Part shown: piece by piece, positions 9,130 through 17,192 of the stretch
Numbering within the stretch: position 1 is the stretch's first letter
Layout of the letters: the number at the start of each line of letters is the position of its first letter
From: an uncultured Phycisphaeraceae bacterium
Lineage (GTDB): Bacteria; Planctomycetota; Phycisphaerae; Phycisphaerales; UBA1924
Direction: 5' to 3'
Assembly (NCBI GenBank): GCA_964459825.1
Contig: CAYWOF010000001.1
Span: 1-45,228 of the forward strand
DNA length: 45,228 nt
The notes under the pieces: generated by a model
Databases searched by the model: none
The model's input: the letters and a program-made list of their open reading frames with translations, nothing else
Told to the model about the DNA's origin: nothing
Program-made: the position numbers and the translations under genes

Positions 9130-9930
9130 CTAAGCCTCCACCATCATTGTAAGTGGATCGTGAGCGTTCCCATCGCCTTGCCCCGCCCGACCGCACTCGG
9201 GACAGGGTGCCCCATCGGGCAGCCCGCGCAGCGCGTACCCGCAGGCCGCGCACCGTCCGCGCCGTCGCCGGATCGCGCGGCGCACAAGGCCGGGGCCCAG
9301 GAGCAAGATGGCCCATCCCGTCGCGAACAAACCCGTGTCTGCCACGAACCCGGGCCACAGCGGGGAATACGGCAATACCACCGGCAGGTGCCGATTGCCC
9401 CAGCGCAGCCGCTGGTAGTCAGCCAGCTTCAGGCCGAAGAGCCCGAAGCCTCCCCGCCCGACGGGAACCCAGCCCGGTCCGCGCTCGATCCACTCGTACC
9501 GGAACCAGAGGGACCGGAATGGCCACCCGACAGCATGGACCTCTCGCTCCAGCTCCTGACGCCGGAGGTATGGACGCGACGCGTCCACCGTCGGCCAGGG
9601 CCCATGGACCGTCCACGGCAAGACGGCGCCGCGATGACCCCAAGGGATTCCGTTTTCCGGTGGCGGGTCGCTCGAGGCAGGGCTCCGGCGCAGGTTGCTG
9701 ACCCGGACCGTGTAGATGGTCCGAAGGCCCATGGATACTCGCACCAGCCTGACTTGCCCCTCGCCTTCCGCGCGCGACGCATCGCGCTCGCGAGTACCGC
9801 TCCACCAGCGCTCGTTCGGCGCGCCGCCGATCACGGCGCCCAGCCACGCCATCGTGACGGTCGATCCCACACCCAGCAGAACAATGACGGCCGGAAGGCG
9901 GGCTCGGCGCCATCTCCCGCGAGCCCCCAT
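9130..9930 (-). CDS. Membrane protein with C-terminal CxxC...CPECG zinc ribbon, paralog B
   Basis: Internal ATG at 9930 of track ORF 9130..10578, 266 aa. Sequence reads MGARGRWRRARLPAVIVLLGVGSTVTMAWLGAVIGG (TM)...LFATGWAILLLGPGLV (TM)...RRRRGRCAACGYALRGLPDGAPCPECGRA. Its ATG shares one base with the TGA of the upstream gene (tgATG at 9928-9932). Confidence 0.75.
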   Translation of the reverse strand: MGARGRWRRARLPAVIVLLGVGSTVTMAWLGAVIGGAPNERWWSGTRERDASRAEGEGQVRLVRVSMGLRTIYTVRVSNLRRSPASSDPPPENGIPWGHRGAVLPWTVHGPWPTVDASRPYLRRQELEREVHAVGWPFRSLWFRYEWIERGPGWVPVGRGGFGLFGLKLADYQRLRWGNRHLPVVLPYSPLWPGFVADTGLFATGWAILLLGPGLVRRAIRRRRGRCAACGYALRGLPDGAPCPECGRAGQGDGNAHDPLTMMVEA

Positions 9931-11126
9931 CACGTCCCCCGCGCCACCATCTCCCCAAACCTCCGACCCTTCCGCCCCTTCCACGCCCCCCGGTGGTACG
10001 CGTCGCTCGCCAGCACCGGGAAGAGCGCGGTCAGCTCGCCGAAGACCATCTGCTCGTGCACCATATCCACCTTCCCCCACGAGCACGCCTCGCGCAGCGT
10101 GCTCCCCGAGAGCGCCCCGTCGCGGCTGTCGGCCACGGTCAGCTGGATCGCGTACTTGTGCATCGCGATGTTGCCGCGCGCCGCCCCCCCGCGCCGCGCG
10201 CCGAGCAGCTCCGCCGCCACGACGATGTCCTGCGCGAAGTTCTTGGGCACGCCCCCGCCGAGCATGAGCAGGCCCGTGTCCCCGCTCGCGAGCTTGATGT
10301 CGGTCAGCTCCCGGAGGTCGGCCCCGCTGTCGAAGGCGACGAAGGGCCTCTTCTTCTCGATCGCCTCCACCTGGTGGAGCACGATCCCGAACCCCGCCGA
10401 GCAGTCGGAGAACGCCGGGCAGAAGATCGGCACGCGCTTGCGGTGCGCGGCCAGCACGATCGACTCGTTGCGCGGGTGGTGCCTGGCCAGGTACGCCCCC
10501 ATCGCGTCGATGAGGTGCCGGCTCGAGTACGCCCCCGGCGCGATCGCGTCGAAGACCTTCTTCGTCGTGTCGTCGCACGCCCGCAGCTGCTCCTCGTCGA
10601 TGTACGTGTCGTAGATCCGGTCGATCATCAGGTTCCGCAGCGTCGGATCATCGACGGGCGGGTTCTCCGGGCTCCCCGGCGCCAGGTAGTGCTTGAACCC
10701 CAGCCCCTCGAAGAAGTCCTGGTCCACGATGTTCGCGCCCGTCGATACGATCGCGTCCACCATGTCGTGCTCGACCAGCGTCACGATGGCCTTCTTGAGG
10801 CCGGCGCTGATCAGCGACCCCGCCAGCGTCAGGATCACGGCGCACTCGCGGTCGGCCAGCATCATCGAGTAGATGTCCGCGGCCCGCGCCAGCGTGCGCG
10901 CCGAGTACGCCATCGACCGGTAGGCCTCCACGATCGGGCGCGCATCGAACGCCGTGATGTCGATGTGCTCGATCGGGCGCGAGAGCAGCTCCTCCCGCGT
11001 CCATCCCCTGGCCCCGCCCCCGGCCTCGCCGGCCGGCCTGGGCGGGGTCTTGCCCGCGTTGGCCTTCGGGCCGCTCTTGATCGCCGGCGCACCGGGCGCC
11101 TTCATCGTCTTGACCGCGTTCGCCAT
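9930..11126 (-). CDS. Deoxyhypusine synthase-like (DHS/homospermidine synthase family) protein
   Basis: Internal ATG at 11126 of track ORF 9930..11237, preceded by gagaggtgga. Sequence reads ...AVILTLAGSLISAGLKKAIVTLVEHDMVDAIVSTGANIVDQDFFE...IFCPAFSDCSAGFG...LMLGGGVPKNFAQD...REACSWGKV. The GGGVxK and SWGK blocks match my memory of eukaryotic/archaeal DHS (GGGVVKHH, EAVSWGKI). Confidence 0.9.
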   Translation of the reverse strand: MANAVKTMKAPGAPAIKSGPKANAGKTPPRPAGEAGGGARGWTREELLSRPIEHIDITAFDARPIVEAYRSMAYSARTLARAADIYSMMLADRECAVILTLAGSLISAGLKKAIVTLVEHDMVDAIVSTGANIVDQDFFEGLGFKHYLAPGSPENPPVDDPTLRNLMIDRIYDTYIDEEQLRACDDTTKKVFDAIAPGAYSSRHLIDAMGAYLARHHPRNESIVLAAHRKRVPIFCPAFSDCSAGFGIVLHQVEAIEKKRPFVAFDSGADLRELTDIKLASGDTGLLMLGGGVPKNFAQDIVVAAELLGARRGGAARGNIAMHKYAIQLTVADSRDGALSGSTLREACSWGKVDMVHEQMVFGELTALFPVLASDAYHRGAWKGRKGRRFGEMVARGT

Positions 11127-11272
11127 GGTCCACCTCTCAACCAGCCTGGCCCCCCGGGCTGGTGCTCTCTCGCACCGGTCTCCGGACCGGTGAACCGCGC
11201 GGGGGTGTCGCGCGGACCGAGAACGATACGCATCCACCCGATGGCGGAGAGCGCAGCTGGTAGAGTACCGCC

Positions 11273-11584
11273 GTGAAGAAGCGATGGCCCTTCCGCGAGC
11301 CCAGGAACCTCGCGGTCATCACGGTGTGGCGCGTGCTGCGCAAGCAGGACCCGATCCTCTCCGTGTTCCATGACGCCGGGGATGGCGGCTGGCAGTTCCT
11401 CAACACCGTCGGCGGCTAGGCGCCGGATCCCGACGATGCGGCGATCGTCTCCCTGGAGACCATCGTCCGGCTCGACCCATCCGTCGCCCAGCTCGCAGAC
11501 CTGCCCGAGGGCTGGAGCGCATGGCGTAGATCGCGACACGGCAGGTGGACGCGGGAGGCCGATACAGACGGGTCCAGCCCATGA
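11273..11584 (+). pseudogene. Small DUF2185-like gene interrupted by an in-frame TAG (11417-11419)
   Basis: GTG 11273 gives VKKRWPFREPRNLAVITVWRVLRKQDPILSVFHDAGDGGWQFLNTVGG, then TAG. The same frame continues APDPDDAAIVSLETIVRLDPSVAQLADLPEGWSAWRRSRHGRWTRE... to TGA 11582-11584. The two halves together reproduce one domain pattern (D-GGW-F...D...I..L..I...DP....L..P.GW.A.R). The family name is from memory and is uncertain. Confidence 0.55.
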
Positions 11585-13689
11585 TCGCGCATCGGAGATT
11601 CACCATGATCCGCATGTCCGTCGCGGGCCTGCTGACCGTCGCGTCCACTACGCTCGCCCAGCCAACCGACTCCCTCCCCCGCCCCACGCCCCAGCAACTG
11701 GCCTGGCACGAGCTCGAGCTAGGCACCTTCATCCACCTCGCCCCCCAGACCTGGCAGGACTCCGAATCGGACACCATGGCCACGCCCCTCTCCGCCCTCA
11801 ACCCCGAGCGGCTCGACGCCGAGCAGTGGGTCCGCGTCGCCGAGTCCATGGGCGCCAAGTACCTCGTCTTCGTCGCCAAGCACGAGGGCGGCTTCTGCTG
11901 GTGGCCCACGGAGACGACGGACTACTCCGTCCGCTCCATTCCCTGGCGGGGCGGGCGGGGCGACGTCATGCGCGAACTCTCAGACGCCGGCCGCCTCCCG
12001 GGATTGTTGGGGGGGGTTTCCCTCGCGCCGCGCCACCGCTGGCAGGGCTGGGGCGGGGGGGGGCGCGCCGCCGATCCCGCCAAGCAGGCCGCGTACGAGT
12101 CCATGTTCCGCACCCAGCTCACCGAGCTTCTGACCTGGTACGGGCCCATCATGGAGGTCTGGTTCGACGGGTCCCTCGTCTTCGATGTCGGCGACATCCT
12201 CGCGGCCCACGCGCCCGACGCCGTCGTCTTCCAGGGGCCCCAGGCCTCCATCCGCTGGGTCGGTAACGAGGATGGCATCGCCCCCTACCCCGCGTGGAAC
12301 GCCGTCCGCTTCGGCGCCAAGCCCTGGGGCCACTACACCGCCGCTGAGGGCGACCCGGACGGCGACCGCTGGCTCCCCAACGAGTGCGACGCTCGCATCC
12401 GCTCCACCTGGTTCTGGCGCACGGACAACGCATCGAGCCTCAAGAGTGTCGCCCAGCTCATGGACATGTACGAGCGCTCCGTCGGGCACGGCGGCGTGCT
12501 CCTCCTCAACCACACGCCCGACCGCACCGGCCTCATCCCCGAGGCCGATGCCCGGCGCGCCGCGGAGTTCGGGGCCGAGATTGAGCGGACCTACGGGCGC
12601 ACGGTCGCCCGGATGGCCGGGGGAGGGACCGAGCTGGAACTCGCGCTGCCCGAGCCGGTGACCATCGACCGGATTGTGACCATGGAGGACATCCGCGCCG
12701 GCGAGCGGGTGCGCCGCTACGCCATCGAGGGCCAGGCCGAGGGCGTCTGGCGCGAGCTGGCCTCGGGCACGGCGATCGGGCATATGAGAATCGACCGGTT
12801 CGAGCCCGTGTCGGTCGCGGCGGTCCGCCTCCGCGTCATCGAGTCGGTCGGCGAGCCCGTGATCCGCCGGTTCTCGCTCCACCAGGGGCGCGGGGCCGAG
12901 GGGGCCCTGCTGGGTGGCACGCCCAGCGCAGTCGGGCGTGCCGGGAACCCGCCGCCCATCCGCCCGCACCCCGACCTCCCCGGCTACGCGCTCGCCTGGC
13001 ACGACGAGTTTGATGGCCCCAACCTCGACTCCACCAGGTGGTCCCACTACGCCCCTGGCCCCCGGCGCGATGCCGTCAACACACCCGAGGCGGTCACCCT
13101 CGATGGGATGGGCCACCTGGTCATCACCACCTCGCGTCACGAGGTGCCCGATCCCGACTCGCCCGGGCGGACCCGGCCCGAGATCCGGACCGGCATGATC
13201 TCCACGCGCGGGCTCTACGAGACGACCCACGGCTACTTCGAGTGCCGCATGAAGCTCCAGCGCGAGGTCGGCCACTGGTCCGCCTTCTGGATCAACACCC
13301 CGACGATGGGCAACCCGGTGGGGGACCCCGCCGCCGCCGGCGTCGAGATCGACGTCATCGAGTACCTTCGCAATGGCAGCTACCCGGACAAGGCGCAGCA
13401 CACGATCCACTGGGACCACAAGACGCCGCGGTACCAGCGCGACTTCGCGGCCCCGGTCGTTCCCGACATCGGCGAGGGCTTCCACACCTTCGGGTGCGAG
13501 TGGACGCCGGAGCACCTGGCGTTCTTCGTGGATGGTCGCGAGACGTGGCGCACGAGCGCGGCCATCCCGAGTCGCGACCAGCACCTGATCCTGAGCCTGG
13601 AGGTCGGCAAGTGGGCCGACGACATCGCCGGGGCGAGCCTGCCCGACTCCATCGAGGTCGACTACGTGCGCGTGTTCAAGAGGCCCTGA
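11581..13689 (+). CDS. Secreted bifunctional glycoside hydrolase: GH29 alpha-L-fucosidase domain + GH16 (beta-glucanase/laminarinase-like) domain
   Basis: Track ORF 11545..13689. The likely start is ATG 11581 (ATGA overlap with the upstream frame) or 11605. Signal peptide MIRMSVAGLLTVASTTLAQP. GH29 motifs: AKYLVFVAKHEGGFCWWPT, LLTWYGPIMEVWFDG. GH16 motifs: WHDEFDG, GHWSAFW, catalytic-type GVEIDVIEY, FHTFGCEWTPE, VDYVRVF. Confidence 0.88.
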   Translation: MIAHRRFTMIRMSVAGLLTVASTTLAQPTDSLPRPTPQQLAWHELELGTFIHLAPQTWQDSESDTMATPLSALNPERLDAEQWVRVAESMGAKYLVFVAKHEGGFCWWPTETTDYSVRSIPWRGGRGDVMRELSDAGRLPGLLGGVSLAPRHRWQGWGGGGRAADPAKQAAYESMFRTQLTELLTWYGPIMEVWFDGSLVFDVGDILAAHAPDAVVFQGPQASIRWVGNEDGIAPYPAWNAVRFGAKPWGHYTAAEGDPDGDRWLPNECDARIRSTWFWRTDNASSLKSVAQLMDMYERSVGHGGVLLLNHTPDRTGLIPEADARRAAEFGAEIERTYGRTVARMAGGGTELELALPEPVTIDRIVTMEDIRAGERVRRYAIEGQAEGVWRELASGTAIGHMRIDRFEPVSVAAVRLRVIESVGEPVIRRFSLHQGRGAEGALLGGTPSAVGRAGNPPPIRPHPDLPGYALAWHDEFDGPNLDSTRWSHYAPGPRRDAVNTPEAVTLDGMGHLVITTSRHEVPDPDSPGRTRPEIRTGMISTRGLYETTHGYFECRMKLQREVGHWSAFWINTPTMGNPVGDPAAAGVEIDVIEYLRNGSYPDKAQHTIHWDHKTPRYQRDFAAPVVPDIGEGFHTFGCEWTPEHLAFFVDGRETWRTSAAIPSRDQHLILSLEVGKWADDIAGASLPDSIEVDYVRVFKRP

Positions 13690-13713
13690 CGGGGCGCCGC
13701 GCCCCGGTGGGCG

Positions 13714-15231
13714 TCAGGCGGCGGCTCGCGGCGTGAAGGCCTTGACGCAGTTGCCGCCGCTCCCGCTGGCCGCGTCCATCGCGCGGGCCGACGCGGTCAT
13801 GAGCTGCTGGACCTTGCCGAAGAGCGAGGCCGTGGCGGGCTCGACCGTGGCCAGGCCGATGCTGGAGGTCACCCGGAGCGTCGCGTCGGCGCCGCCCGCC
13901 GGGAGGCGCCAGCGCTCGCCGGCCTGTTCCAGGCGGGCGCGGAACTCCGCGGCGTGGCGCACGGCCTCCGGGCGGGCCACGCCATCGAGCAGCACGGCGA
14001 AGGTAGCGTTCTCCCAGCGGCAGATCGAGCCGCTGAGGGGCTCGAAATGCTCGCCCAGCAGCAGGGCCGTCTCGACCAGGATCGCGTCGGCGGCCTCCGT
14101 GCCGAGGCGCGCCGCGAGATCGTCGAACGCGTCCAGGCGGACGTGCAGGAGCGACGCGGGGAGCCCGCCCCCGCGCGACCGCTCGAAGGCCTTCTCGGCC
14201 CGGGCCATGAGCTCGCGGCGCCCGAGCACGCCCGTGAGCGCATCGACCTCGTCGCCGTCGCTGACCAGGCCGGCCAGCGAGAAGCCGTGGTTGGCCTCGC
14301 CCTCGCCGGGGGAGACCATCCCGGCCAGCTTGGCCTGGGCCTCGTCGAGGATCGCGTCGGCGTCGGCATAGCCGCCGACATCGAGCCGGAACAGCGAGGA
14401 CACCTCTCGGGCGCCCGAGCCGATGCGCCGGAGGATGTCGTCCGCGTCCGTCGCGATCACGCCGAACCAGCTCTGGGCGCGCGACTGGAACGTCCGCAGG
14501 GCCGCCGTGGGGTCGGCGTCGGTCAGGATGTCGTGCGCGAGGTTGCCCAGGGCCACGCACCGCACGAGGTCCGCGTGCTCGGGCGGGGCGGCGGTCGGAC
14601 GCTCGTGGTACTTGACCGACATGATCAGCTCGTCGGCGAGCTTCCAGCGCTGACAGAGCATCGCGCCCACGTCCGCGTGCTGAAGCTCGAAGGCCTCGAG
14701 CTCGGCGCGGGCCAGGCGCCGATGGTCGCCCCCGGCGTTGAGCATGACCACCAGGTACTCGCGCTCCAGGGCGCGGTACATGGCCATGACGCCGACATCC
14801 TGCAGAAGTCCCCCCAGGAAGGCCTCGTCCTCGAAGGTCCGTCCCAGGGCCTTGGCGACGCACTTGGCGCCCACCGCCGTGAACAGGCCCCGACGCCAGT
14901 ACCCGATGTAGTCGAACGGGTCGCCCTCGTCACCCTCGTTGCCCAGGCTGGTCACCAGCGAGAAGCCCAGCGCCAGGCTCTTGACCGTCGACAGGCCGAG
15001 CATCACCAGCGCCTGGTTGATCGTCGAGCAGCGCCGGCGCAGGCCGTAGAAGCTGGAGTTGACCGTGCGCAGGATCTTGGCCGCCAGGGCCTGGTCGTTC
15101 TGGATGACGGCCGCGAGCTCGTGCAGGCGCACCTCGCGGCACTGCGTCAGCTCGATCACCCGCACGGCCACCGCGGGGAGCGATGGGAGCGACGGGCACC
15201 GCAGGATCCGTTCCAGCATCTCCGCGTTCAT
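13714..15231 (-). CDS. HDOD domain protein with a degenerate GGDEF domain
   Basis: Internal ATG at 15231 of track ORF 13714..15342; the alternative start is 15342. HDOD region: LPSLPAVAVRVIELTQ...AAVIQNDQALAAKILRTVNSSFYGL...INQALVMLGL. GGDEF-like region: DALTGVLGRRELM...SICRWENATFAVLLDG...TSSIGLA, with WENAT in place of GGDEF. Confidence 0.85.
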   Translation of the reverse strand: MNAEMLERILRCPSLPSLPAVAVRVIELTQCREVRLHELAAVIQNDQALAAKILRTVNSSFYGLRRRCSTINQALVMLGLSTVKSLALGFSLVTSLGNEGDEGDPFDYIGYWRRGLFTAVGAKCVAKALGRTFEDEAFLGGLLQDVGVMAMYRALEREYLVVMLNAGGDHRRLARAELEAFELQHADVGAMLCQRWKLADELIMSVKYHERPTAAPPEHADLVRCVALGNLAHDILTDADPTAALRTFQSRAQSWFGVIATDADDILRRIGSGAREVSSLFRLDVGGYADADAILDEAQAKLAGMVSPGEGEANHGFSLAGLVSDGDEVDALTGVLGRRELMARAEKAFERSRGGGLPASLLHVRLDAFDDLAARLGTEAADAILVETALLLGEHFEPLSGSICRWENATFAVLLDGVARPEAVRHAAEFRARLEQAGERWRLPAGGADATLRVTSSIGLATVEPATASLFGKVQQLMTASARAMDAASGSGGNCVKAFTPRAAA

Positions 15232-15360
15232 GCGCGCGCACCACTCTGGGTTGGGAAACTCATGCGAGGGTCCGAGAACGGCGCTCGTGCGGGCCGCCGC
15301 CGGCTGCTCGGGGCAACCATCGACCGGACCGGCGCCGCGCATGAGGGGGCGGCGGAGCGA

Positions 15361-16191
15361 CTACCCACCCGATCGGGGGTGTCCGGCGCCCGACCCCCGG
15401 GCCGGGCCGAACAGGGCCCGGGCGGAGGGCAGGTCCCCGGCCAGATGGTGGCGCAGATAGGCATCGAGCAGGCGCGCGGCGCGTTCCAGATCCGCGGCGG
15501 CCGGTTCGGCGACCGGTTCGGCCGTGGGCTCGCCGAGCGGCTCCGGGTCCGACGCCACACGGCGCAGGGCCTCGACGGTGGCCGCCCTCGTTCGCCAGAC
15601 GGGGCCCCCGGTTCCGGCGCCGTCTCCGGGGTCGCGCGTCAGTCCCCCGCGCGCGGGGTCAAAGCCGTGGTAGCGGGTTCCGGGCGCGGCCTCGGACCCG
15701 GTCGCGACATCCCGTGCCAGCTCGGGGCGCAGGCCCGCCTCGCTGGCCGCCGCCCACTGGAACCGCACCACCACGGACCACGGCCTGCTCGCGCGCTCGC
15801 CCGACGCCGGCGCCGAGAGGCTGCGCAGCCCCCGGACGAGGGCGTCGAACAGGCGGGGGTGGGGGTCGCCCTCCACGACGATGCGCTGGCCCACGTCGGC
15901 CATGTACAGGCCCGCGTAGAAGGCCCCGATCGACCGGCGGACCGCGGCGAAGGTCTCCTCGAGGTCCCACCACGTCAGCGTGCCGAGGGTTCCCGCGGGC
16001 TTGAGGACCACGCCGACCTCCCCGCGGGTCAGGGCCTCCAGCCCGCCGCTGAAGCGAGCGCCCTCCCGCCGAGACCCCTTGGCCAGCGCCCGGATCAGGC
16101 CGGTCTCCCGGCCCATCAGCACAACCGTCTGGCTGGTCTCCGACCAGTCCCACGTCCGGAGGCAGACGGCCTGGTCGATCGTCGTGGGCAC
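15361..16191 (-). CDS. recO: DNA repair protein RecO
   Basis: Track ORF of 276 aa. N-terminal OB-fold pattern: QAVCLRTWDWSETSQTVVLMGRETGLIRALAKGSRREGARFSGGLEALTRGEVGV, then FYAGLYMADV...LFDALVRGL. Size and layout are typical of RecO. Confidence 0.75.
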   Translation of the reverse strand: MPTTIDQAVCLRTWDWSETSQTVVLMGRETGLIRALAKGSRREGARFSGGLEALTRGEVGVVLKPAGTLGTLTWWDLEETFAAVRRSIGAFYAGLYMADVGQRIVVEGDPHPRLFDALVRGLRSLSAPASGERASRPWSVVVRFQWAAASEAGLRPELARDVATGSEAAPGTRYHGFDPARGGLTRDPGDGAGTGGPVWRTRAATVEALRRVASDPEPLGEPTAEPVAEPAAADLERAARLLDAYLRHHLAGDLPSARALFGPARGSGAGHPRSGG

Positions 16192-16239
16192 GGTGAAGAG
16201 GGTAAGGGCGCGCCCGATCGCCGGGGGCTAATCTTGGGC

Positions 16240-16689
16240 ATGCACTTCGATCTGGTGGACCGCGTGGTGGACCTCGGCCCGGGGCGGATCGTGACCGTGA
16301 AGCTCGTGTCGGCCGGCGAGGAGTACCTGCGCGACCACTTCCCCGAGTTCCCGGTTCTGCCCGGGGTCCTGATGCTCGAGGCCATGGTGCAGGCGGCGCG
16401 TCGGCTGGTCGAGTCGGAAGCGGGTTGGGACGCGTCCGCGCCGCCCCGGGTCCTGGGCCGGGTGCGGGCGCTCAAGTACGGGCGGTTCGTCAGGCCGGGG
16501 GACACGCTCCGGGTGACGGTCGAGCGCGTCGGGGATGGGGGGGCCGGCGAGCGGTGCGAGGACGTCCGCGAGTTCAAGGGAGTCGGCGAGGTGATCGAGC
16601 CCGATGCCATCCCCGGGGCCGAGCTCCCGACCGCCGTTTCGGGGCGATTCACGCTCCGTCCCGCGCGTCCGTCCAACGCGGGCGGGTAG
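16240..16689 (+). CDS. FabZ/FabA-like hotdog-fold 3-hydroxyacyl-ACP dehydratase family protein (1)
   Basis: Internal ATG at 16240 of the 911-aa track ORF, in frame, 149 aa. Sequence MHFDLVDRVVDL...EEYLRDHFPEFPVLPGVLMLEAMVQAA carries the His and Glu context of FabZ (HFP..PvmPGvl.iEa.aQ). Confidence 0.8.
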   Translation: MHFDLVDRVVDLGPGRIVTVKLVSAGEEYLRDHFPEFPVLPGVLMLEAMVQAARRLVESEAGWDASAPPRVLGRVRALKYGRFVRPGDTLRVTVERVGDGGAGERCEDVREFKGVGEVIEPDAIPGAELPTAVSGRFTLRPARPSNAGG

Positions 16690-16766
16690 GCGTCGAGCCG
16701 CGCCCGCGCTACCATCCGCGCTCGCGGATCGACCCATGGACGGGGGGCTGAGGGGTGCTGGCCGAT

Positions 16767-17168
16767 ATGACACGTGACGAGATACTCGCCAAGGTCCGGA
16801 CCGTGCTGGTCGATGCGCTGGCCGTCGATGAGGAGGAGGTCACGCCGGACGCCGTGCTGACCCGGGACCTCGGGGCGGAGTCCATCGACTTCCTCGACAT
16901 CGTGTTCAAGCTCGAGCAGGCGTTCGGGTTCAAGGTGGCGCAGGGCGAGCTCTTCCCCGACAACGTGCAGCAGGACCCGCAGTTCGTGCAGGGCGGGCGC
17001 GTGACCCCCAAGGGACTGACGCTGCTCAAGGAGCGCCTCCCCCACGCGGACTTCACGAAGCTCGAACGCGACCCGCAGGTCGGGCTCGTGCCCGAGATCT
17101 TCACGGTCAACGCCATCGTCCGGTTCGTCCAGCGCAAGCTGGAGGCGGTGGGGGCGGGCCGGGCCTAG
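16767..17168 (+). CDS. Acyl carrier protein with a long C-terminal extension (about 133 aa)
   Basis: Track ORF 16755..17168 (GTG); ATG at 16767 follows ggggggctgagggg. The phosphopantetheine-site context DLGAESIDFLDIVFKLEQAFG parallels DLGADSLD..ELVM.LEE.FG. About 55 extra residues follow the ACP core. Confidence 0.8.
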   Translation: MTRDEILAKVRTVLVDALAVDEEEVTPDAVLTRDLGAESIDFLDIVFKLEQAFGFKVAQGELFPDNVQQDPQFVQGGRVTPKGLTLLKERLPHADFTKLERDPQVGLVPEIFTVNAIVRFVQRKLEAVGAGRA

Positions 17169-17192
17169 CCCGCGCCTCCCGGGAGCGGCGCC

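Noticed and set aside
8936-9358. Full 140-aa ORF 8936..9358(-)
   Set aside because: Its first 77 codons overlap the 3' end of zinc-ribbon paralog B in another frame. Only the last 63 codons, from ATG 9127, are retained as a tentative RHH gene.
11990-12070. Suspected compensated frameshift in the GH29 domain between the G8 and G9 tracts
   Set aside because: It is not called as a pseudogene. The ORF stays open and GH29 motifs on both sides are in the same frame. I cannot align to homologs here, so it is kept only as a note within a finding.
13954-16239. First 762 residues of the 911-aa plus-strand ORF 13954..16689
   Set aside because: This part is antisense to the HDOD/GGDEF and recO genes and has junk composition. 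Only the last 149 codons (FabZ-like) are credible.
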